A DNA stretch of 64,000 nucleotides. Source: Felis catus (lineage: Eukaryota). The stretch covers positions 65,908,001-65,972,000 of the forward strand of contig NC_058368.1 of NCBI RefSeq assembly GCF_018350175.1. Reading direction: 5' to 3'. The position numbers were made by a program, and so were the translations under genes. Positions 23,001-36,910 of this stretch are shown here, piece after piece; the first letter of the stretch is position 1, and the number at the start of each line of letters is the position of its first letter. The notes below the pieces were generated by a model. That model did no database searches. It had not been told where the DNA came from and saw only the letters and a program-made list of their open reading frames with translations.

Positions 23001-25939
23001 GCCTGTTCGACTTCCCATCATTTACAAAGTAGAAGATACTAACCAGGCAGCTCAATTTTGTGCAACCCTATTTTATGCATCAGAAGGATATCAGAAGTCT
23101 GGATATAGCAGTCATCTGTGTTTTCAAATTTAGTAGCTCATCTTCTAAGACCTCTGAATATACCCTGTTAGATATGCATGCTTGATGGTACCATCATCAG
23201 CGGTTCATTCAGATATTATGCCTCACGGTGTGTCTTTTAGGTGTTAACAGACTCCCTCTTGGTACTGTCTCTTGGCAAAAAATTACTTTGTGACAGGGAG
23301 ATTAAAAACAATATCAATTCCTGCAATGTACAGAAGACAGATTAGACTTGGAAAACACTGGGCAATTATCCAGTCACGTGGCTAAAATGTGTAGGAGGAT
23401 AATTAATTAGAGTATCCTGCCATCTGAAGACCAGAAATCTCCCTTGGGCTCCCTTTAAGGTACAAGACCTGCTTCTATCAGATGCTTTCGGTCATAAGTT
23501 TCTTCTCGAAGTTGACAGGCACATAAAAACTACACAACATTAAATTTTTCATGAGAGAAATACTTATATTTTCAGAACACATAGCCCTTAATTAGAGTAA
23601 ATTACTCCTGATGGAATAAGCGTTCTGCAATAGCAGGAAAGAAACCAAATTTAATTTCCCAGTGCCATAGGGAGGTCTTGACTATTCAAAAACTGTCTCT
23701 AAATCTTGGGAACTGTGCTTTCAAAGGCTAAGCTAATAGAACTGAGCAGGAAATAAGCCTGATTAGCATTTTGTAAGTAATTTTGAGCACAAAAGATATA
23801 TTTACAATAATAGCCAAGGATTATCATCTACAATTGAACTGAACACTGGCAAAAAGGAAAAAGTAAACTGAATCCATTAAAATGACATCAAATAAATTAT
23901 GATATTCATTTTCATGTACACTGCTTATCACTTTTTAATTTTAAAAAATTGGTTGGATATCTCTAGATCCTAATAAGGGGAATGGGTTAGCATTGATTTG
24001 GATGGCTTATGAAACATTTATATACATGTTATTCACTTCATGTTCTATAACATAGCTTTCTCAAGGCCCTCACTTTGATACAGCTTGTCAATTGCTGCTG
24101 TCTATAATAAAGAGGCCTGGAGGGGCATATTGTTTTTGTTTTTGTGTTTTTTTCTAAACAATTTAAAAATATAACCTCTGGCTTTTTTCTAAGGAATTAG
24201 TTTGCATCCTTCCACTTGGCACAGGGTAATTGAAGTAATTTTTATGGTGAGAAACACTTTGATAGTGCTCAGTGAATGTAAATCTAATACCCATATTACT
24301 TACCAGGTTTGGAAAGGAAACATGAGATTTTTATGGGGCTATGATTATAATCAAGGGAATGAATAATGCTTTTTAGGAGAATTTTAATATAGGCTCCCCG
24401 CTTCCCCTGCCCCATTTACAACACGTGCTAGATATCTATAAGCTTTCTCTGTCTTGGGTATTCATGGTACTTTATAATCAAGACAACTTTGTGGGATTAT
24501 ATTGTGGGAAAGAAAGCTTTCCATTTCTGTTGAGTGCCTGTTCTCGTCTTGAACCTTCAGAACCAATGAGAAGTCAAAGATGTCCTTTTTTCCCAAGACC
24601 CAAGGAGAAAGATTTACCCTTCTGTAGTCTTCTTTTCTGTCTCTTCTAGGTGTCTGTGATGGCCACATGGAGTTACACTCTAAACAGTCATCTGTGCATC
24701 TTGCCCTTATCTAAGAGGGGTCTTCAAAGACTTATTTCTGTCTACAAACCTCTCTACTGTTCTGATAAAGCCAGTAATTCAGTGAAATTTGTAGACATAG
24801 CCATACTATCCTGTAGAAACACAAAATTAAAAAGAATCTTATGCAGAAAAAAAATGATGGCTTTGGCAGATAAACCAAAGCATGTGGAAATTGAGATGAT
24901 TAAAGTAAAAGCAGTTATCACTTCATTGGCCAAAGTGCTTTCACATATGTTGGCTGTCTGTCTTACAGAACCAGGCATCTATGACCCCACAGGCCATGTC
25001 CCAAATATTTGCTGTGGTTCCTGATGGTTTCTATGCCAACAGTAGATTATTATATTGCACTGGAACTAATCTCTTCCTTTTTCAAACTACCAGGATGCTT
25101 TATTCATATCTGTTGTCAGACTTACTCTGTAGGTTACATTACAGCTATTTGTGTCTTGTTTATGCTATTATAGACTATTAAGATAAAGAATTGTTCATGG
25201 CTTTGTATGCCTTTAGTGATATTTCCTATGCAGAATCAATAAATATTTGTTGATGGATTGGTGGCCGGCCTTATAGGTAGATTATTATATTAAGAGTGCT
25301 TTAAAAAAAGCCCCTTTGTTGTTACCTAGAAGACTGTTATAGTGAGTCAGGACCATTTATTTTTTACTATTGTTCTATAAGTTTATCTGCATATATGATC
25401 TCTATGCCTGATGCCCATCAGTAATTTATATGAGATTACTTCACTAGATAGCACATTACAAGTGGGTCTGTAGTTTTTAGCTATTAATTTTACTTTTTTT
25501 TTTTTTTTGCTTAGAAAAAGTTGTATTTTTGTGGAGAAAAAGTTTTCTTATCTTTTTCCTCTGCTACATAATCCCCATGCTTTCTGGAATTTTCTTTTTC
25601 CAGTACTAATTAGACACTCAGTTTCTTGATCACTGTTTTATTTTGTTTTGTTTTACAATAGTTGATTCATTTAATTGGAAAATGTTTAAATAATGCAGAA
25701 ATCTAAAATTATTAGTTGGGCCTGGGCTCCTTGTGAGGTAAATATACCTCACTAGAGTCTGTCATATTAGTAAGACATGTTTAAAAAATACAAAAGAGAA
25801 AGAAAGACTAACATATGGACATAGTAGAAACACAAAGGGATAGCAAAAAAAATACAAATTAAAAAAATTAAAACATAAAAGCAATATTAACAACCAAAAT
25901 GCACATTTGTAAGTGGCTAATAATAACCATACTGCACTT

Positions 25940-26169
25940 TTTTCTTTGTTTTTTTTTCTTTTTTTAAGTTTATTTATTTATTTTGAGAGAGCACGTGAGT
26001 GCATGCAAGTGGGTTGGGGCAGAGAGAGAAGGAGAGAGAGAATCCCAAGGAGGCTCCCCTCTGTCAGTGCAGAGCCCAATGTAGAGCTCGAACCCACGGA
26101 CTATGAGGTCATGACCTGAGCTGAAATCAAGAGTCGGATGCTTAACCAGCGGAGCCACCCAGGCACCCC
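25940..26169 (-). mobile_element. Can-SINE
   Basis: Poly-T, body and antisense head 'gagccacccaggcacccc'; partial TSD CT(G/A)CACTTT. Confidence 0.95.
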
Positions 26170-26927
26170 GATCCTTCTACACTTTCAATTTATCTGCCCT
26201 CACCTTTAATGCTCATAGTGCACACTGCTGTGTGTATTTTATTATTTAAAATGTACTTAAACTAGCGATCGTAAAAAAACAAACCATGCTGATGTCATGT
26301 TTAGTGTTTTATCTGGTGAGTCATCTGTCAACAAATTATTTTTCCCATTTTTTTTGAGTTTAGGTGAGGCCACTTTATTTGGTCTGTATCCTTTATATCT
26401 CTATTAACATCTGAACCTCAGGAGAAATTGGCTGTGTATTGGCAGTTGTACCTTGACCAGTGCCACATGCTGACTCTCCTTCTTCATACCCCTTCATCCC
26501 TCAGAGAAAGATTTGCTAAACCAAGTATGCCCTGTGCAGAAATACAGCTCTGGTCACCAGCTGTTCAAGGCAGTGAGTTGGAACAGTTGAAGGACTCCAG
26601 GAATTTTTTTCTGTACACAATTTACTTAAAATTAGTTGTTTCTTGAAACACCTTGTCCCTCCGTCATTTCATATATGCTAAGCTCTCACCATGTTTAGAA
26701 AGAGCGTATCTATAAATCATGCTTATATTTGGCCTAGAACGAACATGGACATGAGGAGCCCTAACACAAGCACTCCTAAATACTTAGAGTGGTAGTTTCC
26801 TGCCTCATGGGGAACAAGGAAAATGATAGCACTTTGAAAATCAAAGGTATATAATTAGCTAACCTTTTGTGAATTACCTAAATGTTACATCATGAATATA
26901 CATGGCTTTAATAATCAGGAAAATACT

Positions 26928-27170
26928 GGGCGCTTGGGTGGCTCAGTCTGTTAAGCGTCCGACTTCAACCCTGGTCATGATCTCACGTTTCATGAGTTTG
27001 AGCCCCTGTTGGGCTCCATGCTGACAGCTCAGAGCCTGGAGCCTGCTTCAGATTCTGTGTCTCCCTCTCTCTCTCTGCCCTTCCCCTGCTCGCACTCTGT
27101 CTCGCTTTTTCTCTGTCTCTCTCTCTCAAAATAAACATTAAATAAATAAATAAAATGAAAATTTAAAAAA
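26928..27170 (+). mobile_element. Can-SINE
   Basis: Head GGGCGCTTGGGTGGCTCAG; TSD AATAAT(C/T)AGGAAAA(T/C)ACT at 26910-26927 and 27171-27188. Confidence 0.96.
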
Positions 27171-27359
27171 AATAATTAGGAAAACACTAAGCATTTTGTT
27201 ATTATGGTCCTGAAATTAAACGTGGGTCACATGTGATCTAATTCTCGTAACACTTACCTGTTTGTTTAAAAATTCATTTTGCCATTTAGACACACACACA
27301 ATGAATTTCAAATTTAAAAAAAAAAAAAAAAAAAAGAAGGCAACAAAGTCAATACAATC

Positions 27360-27930
27360 AGAATTTTTGGCATAACAACAGCGTTTTATATGTAAAATGC
27401 ATATGCTACAGAATAACACAATATTTATATAGATATCAAGAGACAGGTAGACACAAAATAGTTCCGATAACTCATTCTTCTGTAATCTGCTTTCTTCACT
27501 CAACAAGGTATCATTAGCCTCTTGCATTTTCATAAATCAAAATCTAGTTTGAATAGTGGTTCTGACAATCTATACAGTATTTCACTAAAGAGTTATATGT
27601 TCATAAGCTACTCAGCATTTTCCCTATTAACTTGATAGTAAGGCTGTTTTCTGTTATCATAAACAGCACACTGATAATCATCGTTGCACAAAACATTTCT
27701 TTAGGAAAAACTCCTAAATGTAAATTTGTAAATGTAATATGTCAAAAATGTATGCTTTTTAAAAGTGTTTAATGCATATTGTCATATTGCTGTCAGCAGT
27801 ATTTGAGAAGTAACCAAAATTTGCCACTGCTGGTGATTACACTTCCTTTGATATTTACCAGTCTGTCAAAAAAAAAAGTATTAATTTGATTTGCTTTTCT
27901 GAAAAAATTACCAGTGATGTAGAAATATCT
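27360..27930 (-). mobile_element. Highly decayed L1ME-like fragment
   Basis: 'ttctgtaatctgctttcttcactcaacaa...cattttccctattaacttgatagtaaggctgttttctg...tttctttaggaaaaactcctaaatgtaaatttg...taatttgatttgcttttc'. Confidence 0.5.
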
Positions 27931-29552
27931 AATGTAACCTATTCATGCTTCATTTTGTTTTATTAGAAATTTAAGGTTGACATATTGGGTCTACTATTAC
28001 ATGGAAATTGCTTACAACTTAAACCACCAGGTCTTATTCTGGCCCCTGTAAAACAGGTCTTTTACATATTTTATTTGTGCTATGATAAGTTGAACACGAG
28101 TACACGTGTTAGTTTATCTTTATTCTGAATTTTTTTTTACTTAAAAATATTTTTATGTTATCTAATTACTTTGAAGTACTTCAGTACTTTAGCAATTCTT
28201 ATTTATTCATCAAATACATTGCCCCTCCCTTTCAATTCTATGGACTGTACAAATTTGGTGAGCATTGGTTACATTTGATAGAAAGACGATCAGGACATTT
28301 CAACGGCTGAGTTCTCTTCCTAGTAGGTCCAGTAGACAAGGCTGTTTTCTTACCCAGCAGTTTTTCCAATCAGTTTCAAGTCCATCTACCATTACGGTTA
28401 GTCAGCTGATATTTCTCCTGCTCACCCACAACAATTTCATGACGCACATTGTCAAATGCCATGTGAAAATCAGTACTGGGTGGAAAAGGAAATAGACAAA
28501 GAAGTCAAAGACCCGGGTTTTCTTTTTACTCCCTCTCTTCACTGACTGGCTATTTTCCTTCTGTTGCCATCTCTAATATAGGACTTGCCTTAAGTTAGTT
28601 TTTCCATCATCTGTCAATTTTAGCAGCAGAACACCACAACCTTTCCCACCCTCAAAACCCAGGATACAGCTCTTCTGTAGCAGCTTTCAAGAGCCATTAT
28701 TTAAGTCTTTCCGCCTTTTCCTCAATCAAAGGCACCTGTCCACATGCAGCCCACATAAATATCAGATGCTTTAGACAGGAAGACACCCAATGATGGCTTG
28801 TATTTGGTGCCTTTGACAGAAAGAGAAGTACCACAGACATCCTGTGTTCACTATGATGATACCAACCTTCAATAATAAATTGCATTAATATTTTTTAGCG
28901 TGTTCTGGACAGCTAAGTGTTGGCTGCATGTTTTTCCCTAGACTTCTGGACTTGGGGTATGCTTGAGGAATCTACTAAACTGTCATTTTCCTCTGTCTTC
29001 CTCTTTGGTCTTTTAATTTGCTGCATGGTCCCCAGTCATAAGCCAAATAGGAAAGTCAGTCTCCCATCTTGAAAAATCAAAATAAAATATCTTTGTATAA
29101 CTTCTAGCTGATGGCAAAAGTGGAATTTTTGATTCAAAGGATAGAACTCTGTTTCTGTGAATATCCTCATCTATGGTTACATTGGGCTCTGAAAGAATTC
29201 CAAAAGAGAGGTCCCATACTTGTGTTCATAATGGCCTTATCATGGAATGAAGGTATCCATGGCCTCCCAAGCTGACTAATGCAGACAAAATCATTTATTT
29301 TGTCAAATAAATTCCTTATTACCTTTTAAATGCTTTACAGTTAAAGCTCATGTATCTGATCTATGTTCTTTAGACTATTTTCCACACATGTATTATATTC
29401 AGGGAAAACTGAAAATTGACTGCATAATAAAAATACATTTATGCTATGTTTACAGATGCATAGGTGAAATAATTCTGATCAAGGTTATGAAAACATTGTT
29501 TCATGCTTTGCTTTGTATTTATCTCTACCCCCCTGTTTGCTTGACCACTGAC

Positions 29553-29767
29553 TTTTTTTTTTTTAATGTTTTTATTTATTTTTGAGAGAGACAGAGACAG
29601 AGTATGAGTGGGGGAGGGGCAGAGAGAGAGGGAAACAGAATTCAAAGCAGCCTCCAGGCTCTGAGCTGTCATCACAGAGCCCGACACAGGGCTCGAACTC
29701 ATGAACTGTGAGATCATGACCTGGGCTAAAGTCAGATGCTTAACCCACTGAGCCACCCAGGTGCCCC
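29553..29767 (-). mobile_element. Can-SINE
   Basis: Poly-T, (GA) tract, body, and antisense head 'gagccacccaggtgcccc'; decayed TSD gaccactgacttt / gaccgttgtcttt. Confidence 0.96.
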
Positions 29768-32514
29768 GACCGTTGTCTTTCATTCAGAGAAGATTGGTGA
29801 TGGTGGTTTTCCCATTCATATGAGTACCACGACTGATAAATTGGTAACTTTTACTAACATTCACTATGAACACTTTCATAGCTTGAGAAAGGAAAATGCC
29901 ATCAAAGATCACCAGTTTATATTAACGCATTAGTATCTGGGACTATACATAAAGATTCAAATGGAACCCCTGTTTTTTAACAACTAGTATATAAAGCAAT
30001 GTGTTATCTTGGTTTCTTCCATTTGAACTCCTAGGTTTTGATTTATGATAATCTTATTCTGAAATACCTATTTCTCAGCCATCCTTTGGGCAATATTTTA
30101 AAGTTACTGAATGCATATAGAGTGGTTTATAACCTTCATAATGTTGAGAGAAAGCATTTTCTCCTTTAAGACATACTCTTCCACATCAATGTTTCACAGC
30201 AAATATGTTTACATACATACATATATATATGTATATATATATATATGTATGTTAGCAATGTTCATACACAAGTTTTCACTGTGAACCCTACATGAATTTG
30301 AGGCTGTGTTGTGCAGTCATCTGTCAGGTTTTATGAGGTAAATAGGTTACAGAAATAGAGGCACATTACAAACATTATGTTTCCTTGAGGAGTCACTTCA
30401 TTCGGGCTATCAATGTGGGTAGACTCTAAAGGATCCTTTAAATTAAATGGGAGTCTTGCTTGGGCACTGATTCAAGTAAAGAGAGAGCAATGGAAAATGT
30501 ACTAATTTTCAGTATTTTTCTTCCTTTGGTATGCCTCACCCCTAGCACACCCATTTAATGGCAAGGTCATTTGTATAAACCATGATGGTTTCCAGAGTTG
30601 CTTAAATCAGGCCATATCTTGCTTTCCCGTGAAACCAAATAACTAATTTGACCTCCACATGCCGCCTTAAAGATAATATTATGGAAGAGTAACCAGCTTT
30701 TACTATTCTGGAAGAGACGATTCCCTATCACATCATAACCACCCACAGGTACAATCTGATGAATGGATTCAGGTTTGACATTTGGGCGCAAACTTTTTAA
30801 ACCTTATCAAATTCTCTAAGACAGCTTTCAGGGGAGAAAATATTTCCCACTAAAATTATAAAACATCCTTTTTTTCCCCCCTGACAGACATGGGTAAATA
30901 TTTTATAGCAGGAAAAATGTTTAATCCATACAGACTTTTTCCACCTTTAAGTCAAGGTTTTCTTATAGTATTAAACCCCAGAAAACTTGAGTTTTGGAGA
31001 ATACACAAGAAACCATGTTTTAAAAAAAGAAAAAGAAAAAAGTCTATGCTGTACTTTCATCCCCGTGACTTATTTATTTTCCACCTGTGAGTTTGTATCT
31101 CTGAATCCTCCTTTCCTAGTTCATCCACATCCCCTCCCCTGTCCTTCTGGCAACCATATTTTTTAATCCTTAAATTTTTTTTGGACTCAGATTATTTCCT
31201 GCTTATTTATGAAATCGGATGTCTAGTACAAACTTCAACAAGCCAGAGGGGAAAGTAGAGCCCTCAAAACCTTTAAAAACAATTTTTCCCAGAAATGGAT
31301 AAAAACAGTGTGGCAGGAACACATGCAGTATAATATGTCAATGTTATGGTCCACTCTCAGAGTAACGTCACCTAGAGACATAACGACCACTTAAATTGAA
31401 TTTTCCATAAGGCAGGGAAATCAAAACATTTTTTTTCCATTTTATACCTTGTTGAGTTGATATTGAAAGACACAAAATAATGTTTCCTGTTAGCCTTTTC
31501 TCCATACATCACTTTCATTTCATGTGGCCATCACTTGGCTCAGCCATCTTTAAAAATTGACAGAGCAATTGAGAATATGAAATGAATGTTGGAAACTACC
31601 AGATAAATAAAAATAGACATAAAAATATCTCTAGATGTTTATATCTGAGTCTAACATTTCTTGAGATCATAACCAATTATTGAGGCCATCAAAATGAGGC
31701 TGGGTGGAATATGGGTTTAAGACTTCCATCCGTGTTTACAAAATTTCCTTATAATTAAGGACTTTTTCCTCAAAAACTCACTGTATTCCTATGTAGAAAA
31801 TCATGTTTTCTGGTTTTAAAAGCACACAAGAATTTTAAATGTAACTATGGTATATCCCAATTAATGAAATATTTAAAAGTGTAGCCTTTTCAGATTCATG
31901 GTAGAATTTAACATTCATTTTCCTCTTCTATGTTGACAGCATATATTCATGTGTTCCAGAGTGGATATACCTTATTAAATGGTACAGCATTGGCAGTGAC
32001 TCTTTCAGGGCTGACAGAGTTTGCTAGGGTTTCCTGTCCCTTTCCTCTTTAAAAACCATCCAGCAGGTTGGAGACTCAGTGCCCAAATGACCAGCTGCTT
32101 TTTTGGAGAAATACATGGTTTCCTCAGAAAATGCTTAATAGTCTGCCTTGCCAAAAACTCCCCATTTCTCTTTTAAAGTATTTATTCCTCCATGTATTTA
32201 GTTACATTTTCCCCCATTTCCTGTATCTATCCTTGCTTTGGCTTCACTAATACAATCTAAAACTCCAGTAGGCTTTTCACAAAAATAAGAGGGATACAAG
32301 TGTAAGCAGCAAACTATTGTTTGGGAGGGGTTTTCTATCATGAAGAAATAGTCTTTGTTAATTTGCTATAATTAAATCCCCAAACAATTCTAAGACGGAA
32401 AGATTGTCCTTCTTGGCCTCTAAAATTAAATGAGCATTCAGAAATTAGTCACTGTCTTATTGAGTCATGTGGTCCTGTTTCCTAATGAGGACCTAAATTT
32501 GAATTCAGAACACT

Positions 32515-32700
32515 GTGTTATTCATTCAGCCTGCATGGTATTTATGGACTATTGCCTTGATGCCATAATGACACTAGGGATACAGGAGTGAAGAAGACAA
32601 CACCCTTCCTGCCCTTATGGGCTTAAGGTCGAGGGAAAGTCATTAAGCAAATAATCATAAATGTAATCGTATTACAAAAAGGAAAATGGCACATGCTGGG
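32515..32700 (-). mobile_element. L2 3' end relic
   Basis: 'ttcattcagcctgcatggtatttatggactattgccttgatgcc...gacactagggatacaggagtgaagaagacaacacccttcctgcccttatgggctta'. Confidence 0.65.
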
Positions 32701-35700
32701 TAACATATGAGTCAGGAATGCTACACTTGCTCTGGCCATCTTTTCTTGAAGGCTACATGGAGCAGCCGATTTTGGCCTAAAGTGTGAAAGGGAGTCCAGT
32801 CCTGTATCTCAGCAAATTAATCAGCAGCCCGTCCAGTTTGACTTAAGTGTTGCCAAAACCAGCAAAATATCCAAATCAATTTCCAAATGTTGGGAGTGCT
32901 TTTTCCAAATCTCCAGACTGTCTTTGCTTTTGTTGTTAAGGCAGTGAAATCTGTTGTTTAAGTGTTCTCTGGGAGACATCTTCCTCAGCTATAAACCAAT
33001 GGAACTGAATAGATTGTGAAAAAAAGGTGGCCAAGTAATGTGTAAGACAGAGTGGACCTTAGGAAGGACAAGCCTAGGTGATTGGCAGGGAGGGGAGGAC
33101 AAACGTGTTTGCAGGGAAGGAGTTTTTGTTGTTGTTTTGTTTTTTGCAGGGTCACTATGCTGAATATGTTCCTAGAGACAGAAGATTCAGTCATATGTAT
33201 TTCAGTGATAGACACACATATGTATATATGTCATACACTGTATATATGTATAGTTTGTTTTTAATCTCTAGCACCCAACTTATGCTTTGTCATCACCTGT
33301 TTCCCAGGTGCAAAATGTATTGTGACCACAATCTTTTTATCAGCTCCCTTTGGTGGAGAGGTTTAGTCTGAGGATCCTGCAACCTATCTATAGTGGAAAG
33401 CATGAAAGTTTGAGGGAAGTTCTGTCTGCATCATGATTTGTCTATGATCCCATCTTATCTATTTAGATCATGTTTTCATTGCAGTGCACTAGCAGAGTTT
33501 GGCAAGAGATTCCAAAACAACTGGCTTGCAGATCCTTCAAGACTTCAACATTGCTGTTAGATTCATTATATTGAATAAAAGTAAGTCTCTTGTGCCATGT
33601 TTCTTGACCCCTTTGGGAAATAACATGCTTCCCTTTACCTTCCTGACACAATTTCTGTGCTTTGATGACTTCTGGGCAACCAGTCAGGTTCATTTCTTCA
33701 CTGTCATTCAGTCAGCCATTTAATAATTCTTTCTTCCTTCAACCTATCATTTAGAGCGCTAAAGATTCATTGTGTTCAGAGCCATGTGAAAAGTTCTTCC
33801 TAGGGTTCCTAACACAGCTCTTGCCAGCTTGCAGGCTAATAAGACATGTTTGACAAGAAAGTTCAGTAACAACAGAAGAATGCACTAATTATAGAAGTCA
33901 GTACAAGAGTGATTTGGATTGAGTGGCCAAGATCACTGTGAGTTAGAGTGGTCAAGAACAAAAGTTGGACTTGAGTGAAATAAGCTGATTCTTGAAGGAT
34001 GGGGGGGGGGGGGTTAGTTTGATGGAGAGAACAGAGAGGAAACTGCATAGAGAACGAACAAGAGTGTAGCAGAACTTGAGTTGGGCATATCCAGGAAACA
34101 GGGATATAAACAAATATGGCATACAGCGCCTGGAATACGTTAGATGTTTAATGAGAATGAATAAACGCATGTATGTAAACAGGAACTGGAAGAAACTTTG
34201 GAAAGAGGAATGGTTGGCTGTAAAATTTTAACTAAAGATGATTTCATAAACAACATGATTGTTGGAAAACTGTAAGATAATAACAAGGCCTGAAAAAGGC
34301 CATTTCACATGCAATCCCAAACAACTGCTTTCATCTACCACCAGTTTTATTTGTGTCTGTCAAGGCCGTGGAGGAAATGGAAAAATCAAATTATTTGTCT
34401 AGTGAATACAAATATTAGGACAACATGTGTTAATTAAAGAACGTGGATCAGGCAACCATGCTTCAAAAACATGTTTCTCATTATATGGAATTTACAGGTT
34501 AATCAAGTAGCTTGGAAAATAATAAATCAGATCATTTTGTAAGTTAAATAGTATCACCAGTCTCTCACAGTTGCACTATGCATCAATTTTACTTCTAAAA
34601 AATAATTTGGGTCGTCATATTTCTTCACCTTCAACTATGAACCTGAAGTTGCTGACGAAACTTGGGTGGTAAATCTCCCATTATTTTCCTGAACTTTCTG
34701 TGGGATTTAAATACTTGCTCCATTTTTTTAAGTGATTTAAGAATCTTCAGTGGCCAATTAAAAATCATTCTATTGACTTTCAGACTTGAAAATGAATGGG
34801 TTCAGGAATCATAATTAAGGCTTCTAGTTTGTGGCACATAAAAAGTCTATCGTTCAGTTGGATTCTTCCATGCCTATTTTAGATGCTCTCATGACTGACT
34901 CATTTTTCATCTGCCTCACAATTTGACTCAAATTTCTAGGCTGTCTTTCAATTGTTGAGTCTTTGGGGATGTGACATGCTTTGGTCATAAAACAAAGACG
35001 GTGTGGAAACACATGAAAACACAGAATGAATTTTTGAGTGAAAACATACAACATACATTGTCTGCCACCATATTACATATTACATATTACATATTACATA
35101 TTACAGGTGGCATACCCCCTGCCACCATATTACAATTCTTACAGAAAGAAATGACCAGATGTTTAAAAATAGAAAGTTGATAAATCCTTTGTTCTTCCTT
35201 AATCTTTACATTTTTCTGCTGCTCTTTGATCTGAGTAAGAGAGTCCTGGTTATAACGTATTTATTCAGAAGTATTATGCTGATTTTCCTCACAAAGGTTT
35301 TATTTACAGAAAGTTTACGATATTTGGTAAAACTTGGATGCAGTTTAAAGAGAAATGCAAAAGAGGTATCAGTGTGCAAAAACATTAAGGGCACACAAAG
35401 ATGGTGTGGGTAAAATAAATCAAAGATTTAAAAAATCCACTGTAAGCTGGATTGTAGTGAGCAAAGTCTCAGAGAGGAATCCCTGTTGGGGAACTGTGAA
35501 GAGGATTTTAAGAGGAAGAAATCTCCTGTGTACCTCTGGTATTTGTTAGATCGGGCCCAGCTGTCTACCCCAGTTCTTGGACACAGCTAATGGAACAAGT
35601 TCTTCCAGTCACCTTTTCTAAAACTCCTGTCTCAAATATTCTTTGATAAAAAGTAGAGAAATGTGTCTTTTATGATTTTCCTGCAGATTTTTTTTTTTTG

Positions 35701-35834
35701 CATTTTAAAAAATCAATCAAAATGATTAGTGAACTAACTGGCCAACAACACCATAGACATTGCTGGTAAGGACCCCAACTTTGATTTCTCTGCTTAGCAG
35801 TCCAAACTCCAAATCAACTGAAATATATACTATT

Positions 35835-35837
<3 letters not shown>

Positions 35838-35880
<43 letters not shown>
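35838..35880. repeat. (GA)n microsatellite
   Basis: Directly visible. Confidence 0.97.
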
Positions 35881-35883
<3 letters not shown>

Positions 35884-36337
35884 CTAGAATCATTTGTTTG
35901 TAGACTGTGGTGAACAACAGAAAACAATTTAATCCACATGTGTCTAACTATTTCTTCCTCTGGACTTTTCTAAGTATTTGTAAGTATTATGCTTTTATTT
36001 TTGTAGCCACACTTACTACATTTTTTCCAGAAGTGAAATTTTATTTTTCATAAAATTCAAAAGACTATTTTAAGGTTAGGGGTGGAAAGTAGAGCAAAAA
36101 CGTTGAGGATGAGGACAAGCTTATTTTAAATATATATCTTTCGGTATTTTTTTTTTATACTTCATTTGTTCCGGGACCAATTGCTTACAAAGTCTGAATC
36201 ATCTGGGTGAACGTTTGGTAGGAAAGAAGCCCTCTCACCATGGAAGAACACGCTATGGCCCTTTGATTTGTTCCTTTCAGTGGCCCAAACAGCTTTCCTT
36301 TTCTTTATCTTCCTACACCAACCCCATATATAACATA

Positions 36338-36340
<3 letters not shown>

Positions 36341-36410
<70 letters not shown>

Positions 36411-36411
36411 C

Positions 36412-36468
<57 letters not shown>
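36341..36468. repeat. Compound (TG)n(TA)n-(TG)n(TA)n microsatellite
   Basis: Directly visible; source of the VCVC/YIYI ORFs. Confidence 0.97.
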
Positions 36469-36469
<1 letters not shown>

Positions 36470-36704
36470 TCTTGCTTTGACCTAATCTTCAAAGCCAGTC
36501 ATTTTTCTCCTTTGAGTTTTCTAAACCATTCCTTCATCATACCCCTACCCTGCCCAAGAATTTCCAAAGGCATCCAACTAATTGCCTGTAGCTGTGGCAA
36601 CTGCAAATTCCAGTTTACTTTTTTTAATATTCCAACATTCTGAAAAATGTGTGCCATATTTCTCCCACCATGTCTTTGCCCAGGCTGTTTACTGTAACCT
36701 ACAC

Positions 36705-36910
36705 TTTAAGAGCATGAAAGTTCTGTGTCTGAATTTCTGTTCCTCCACTTGAACAAATGACTTGTAGGAGTCTCTACTGCTTACTCATAAAAATGGAGAA
36801 AAATATTAGTACGGACCTTAATAATTTCTGTGCAGATTCATGGAGATGATGCATATAGAGACTTTAGGGCAGGGTTTGGACCATAGTGAGTTTTCCACAA
36901 GCAGTGGTTG
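36705..36910 (+). mobile_element. MIR SINE relic
   Basis: 'ttaagagcatgaaagttctgtgtctgaatttctgttcctccactt...ctcataaaatggagaaaatattagtac...gatgcatatagagactttagggcagggtttgg'. Confidence 0.6.

Noticed and set aside
25733..25752. Hairpin GTGAGGTA-aata-TACCTCAC containing let-7 seed-like sequence
   Set aside because: Only an 8-bp stem; the rest of the let-7 mature sequence and a pre-miRNA-length hairpin are absent.
36215..36643. 142-aa ORF
   Set aside because: Kept open by stop-free dinucleotide repeats.
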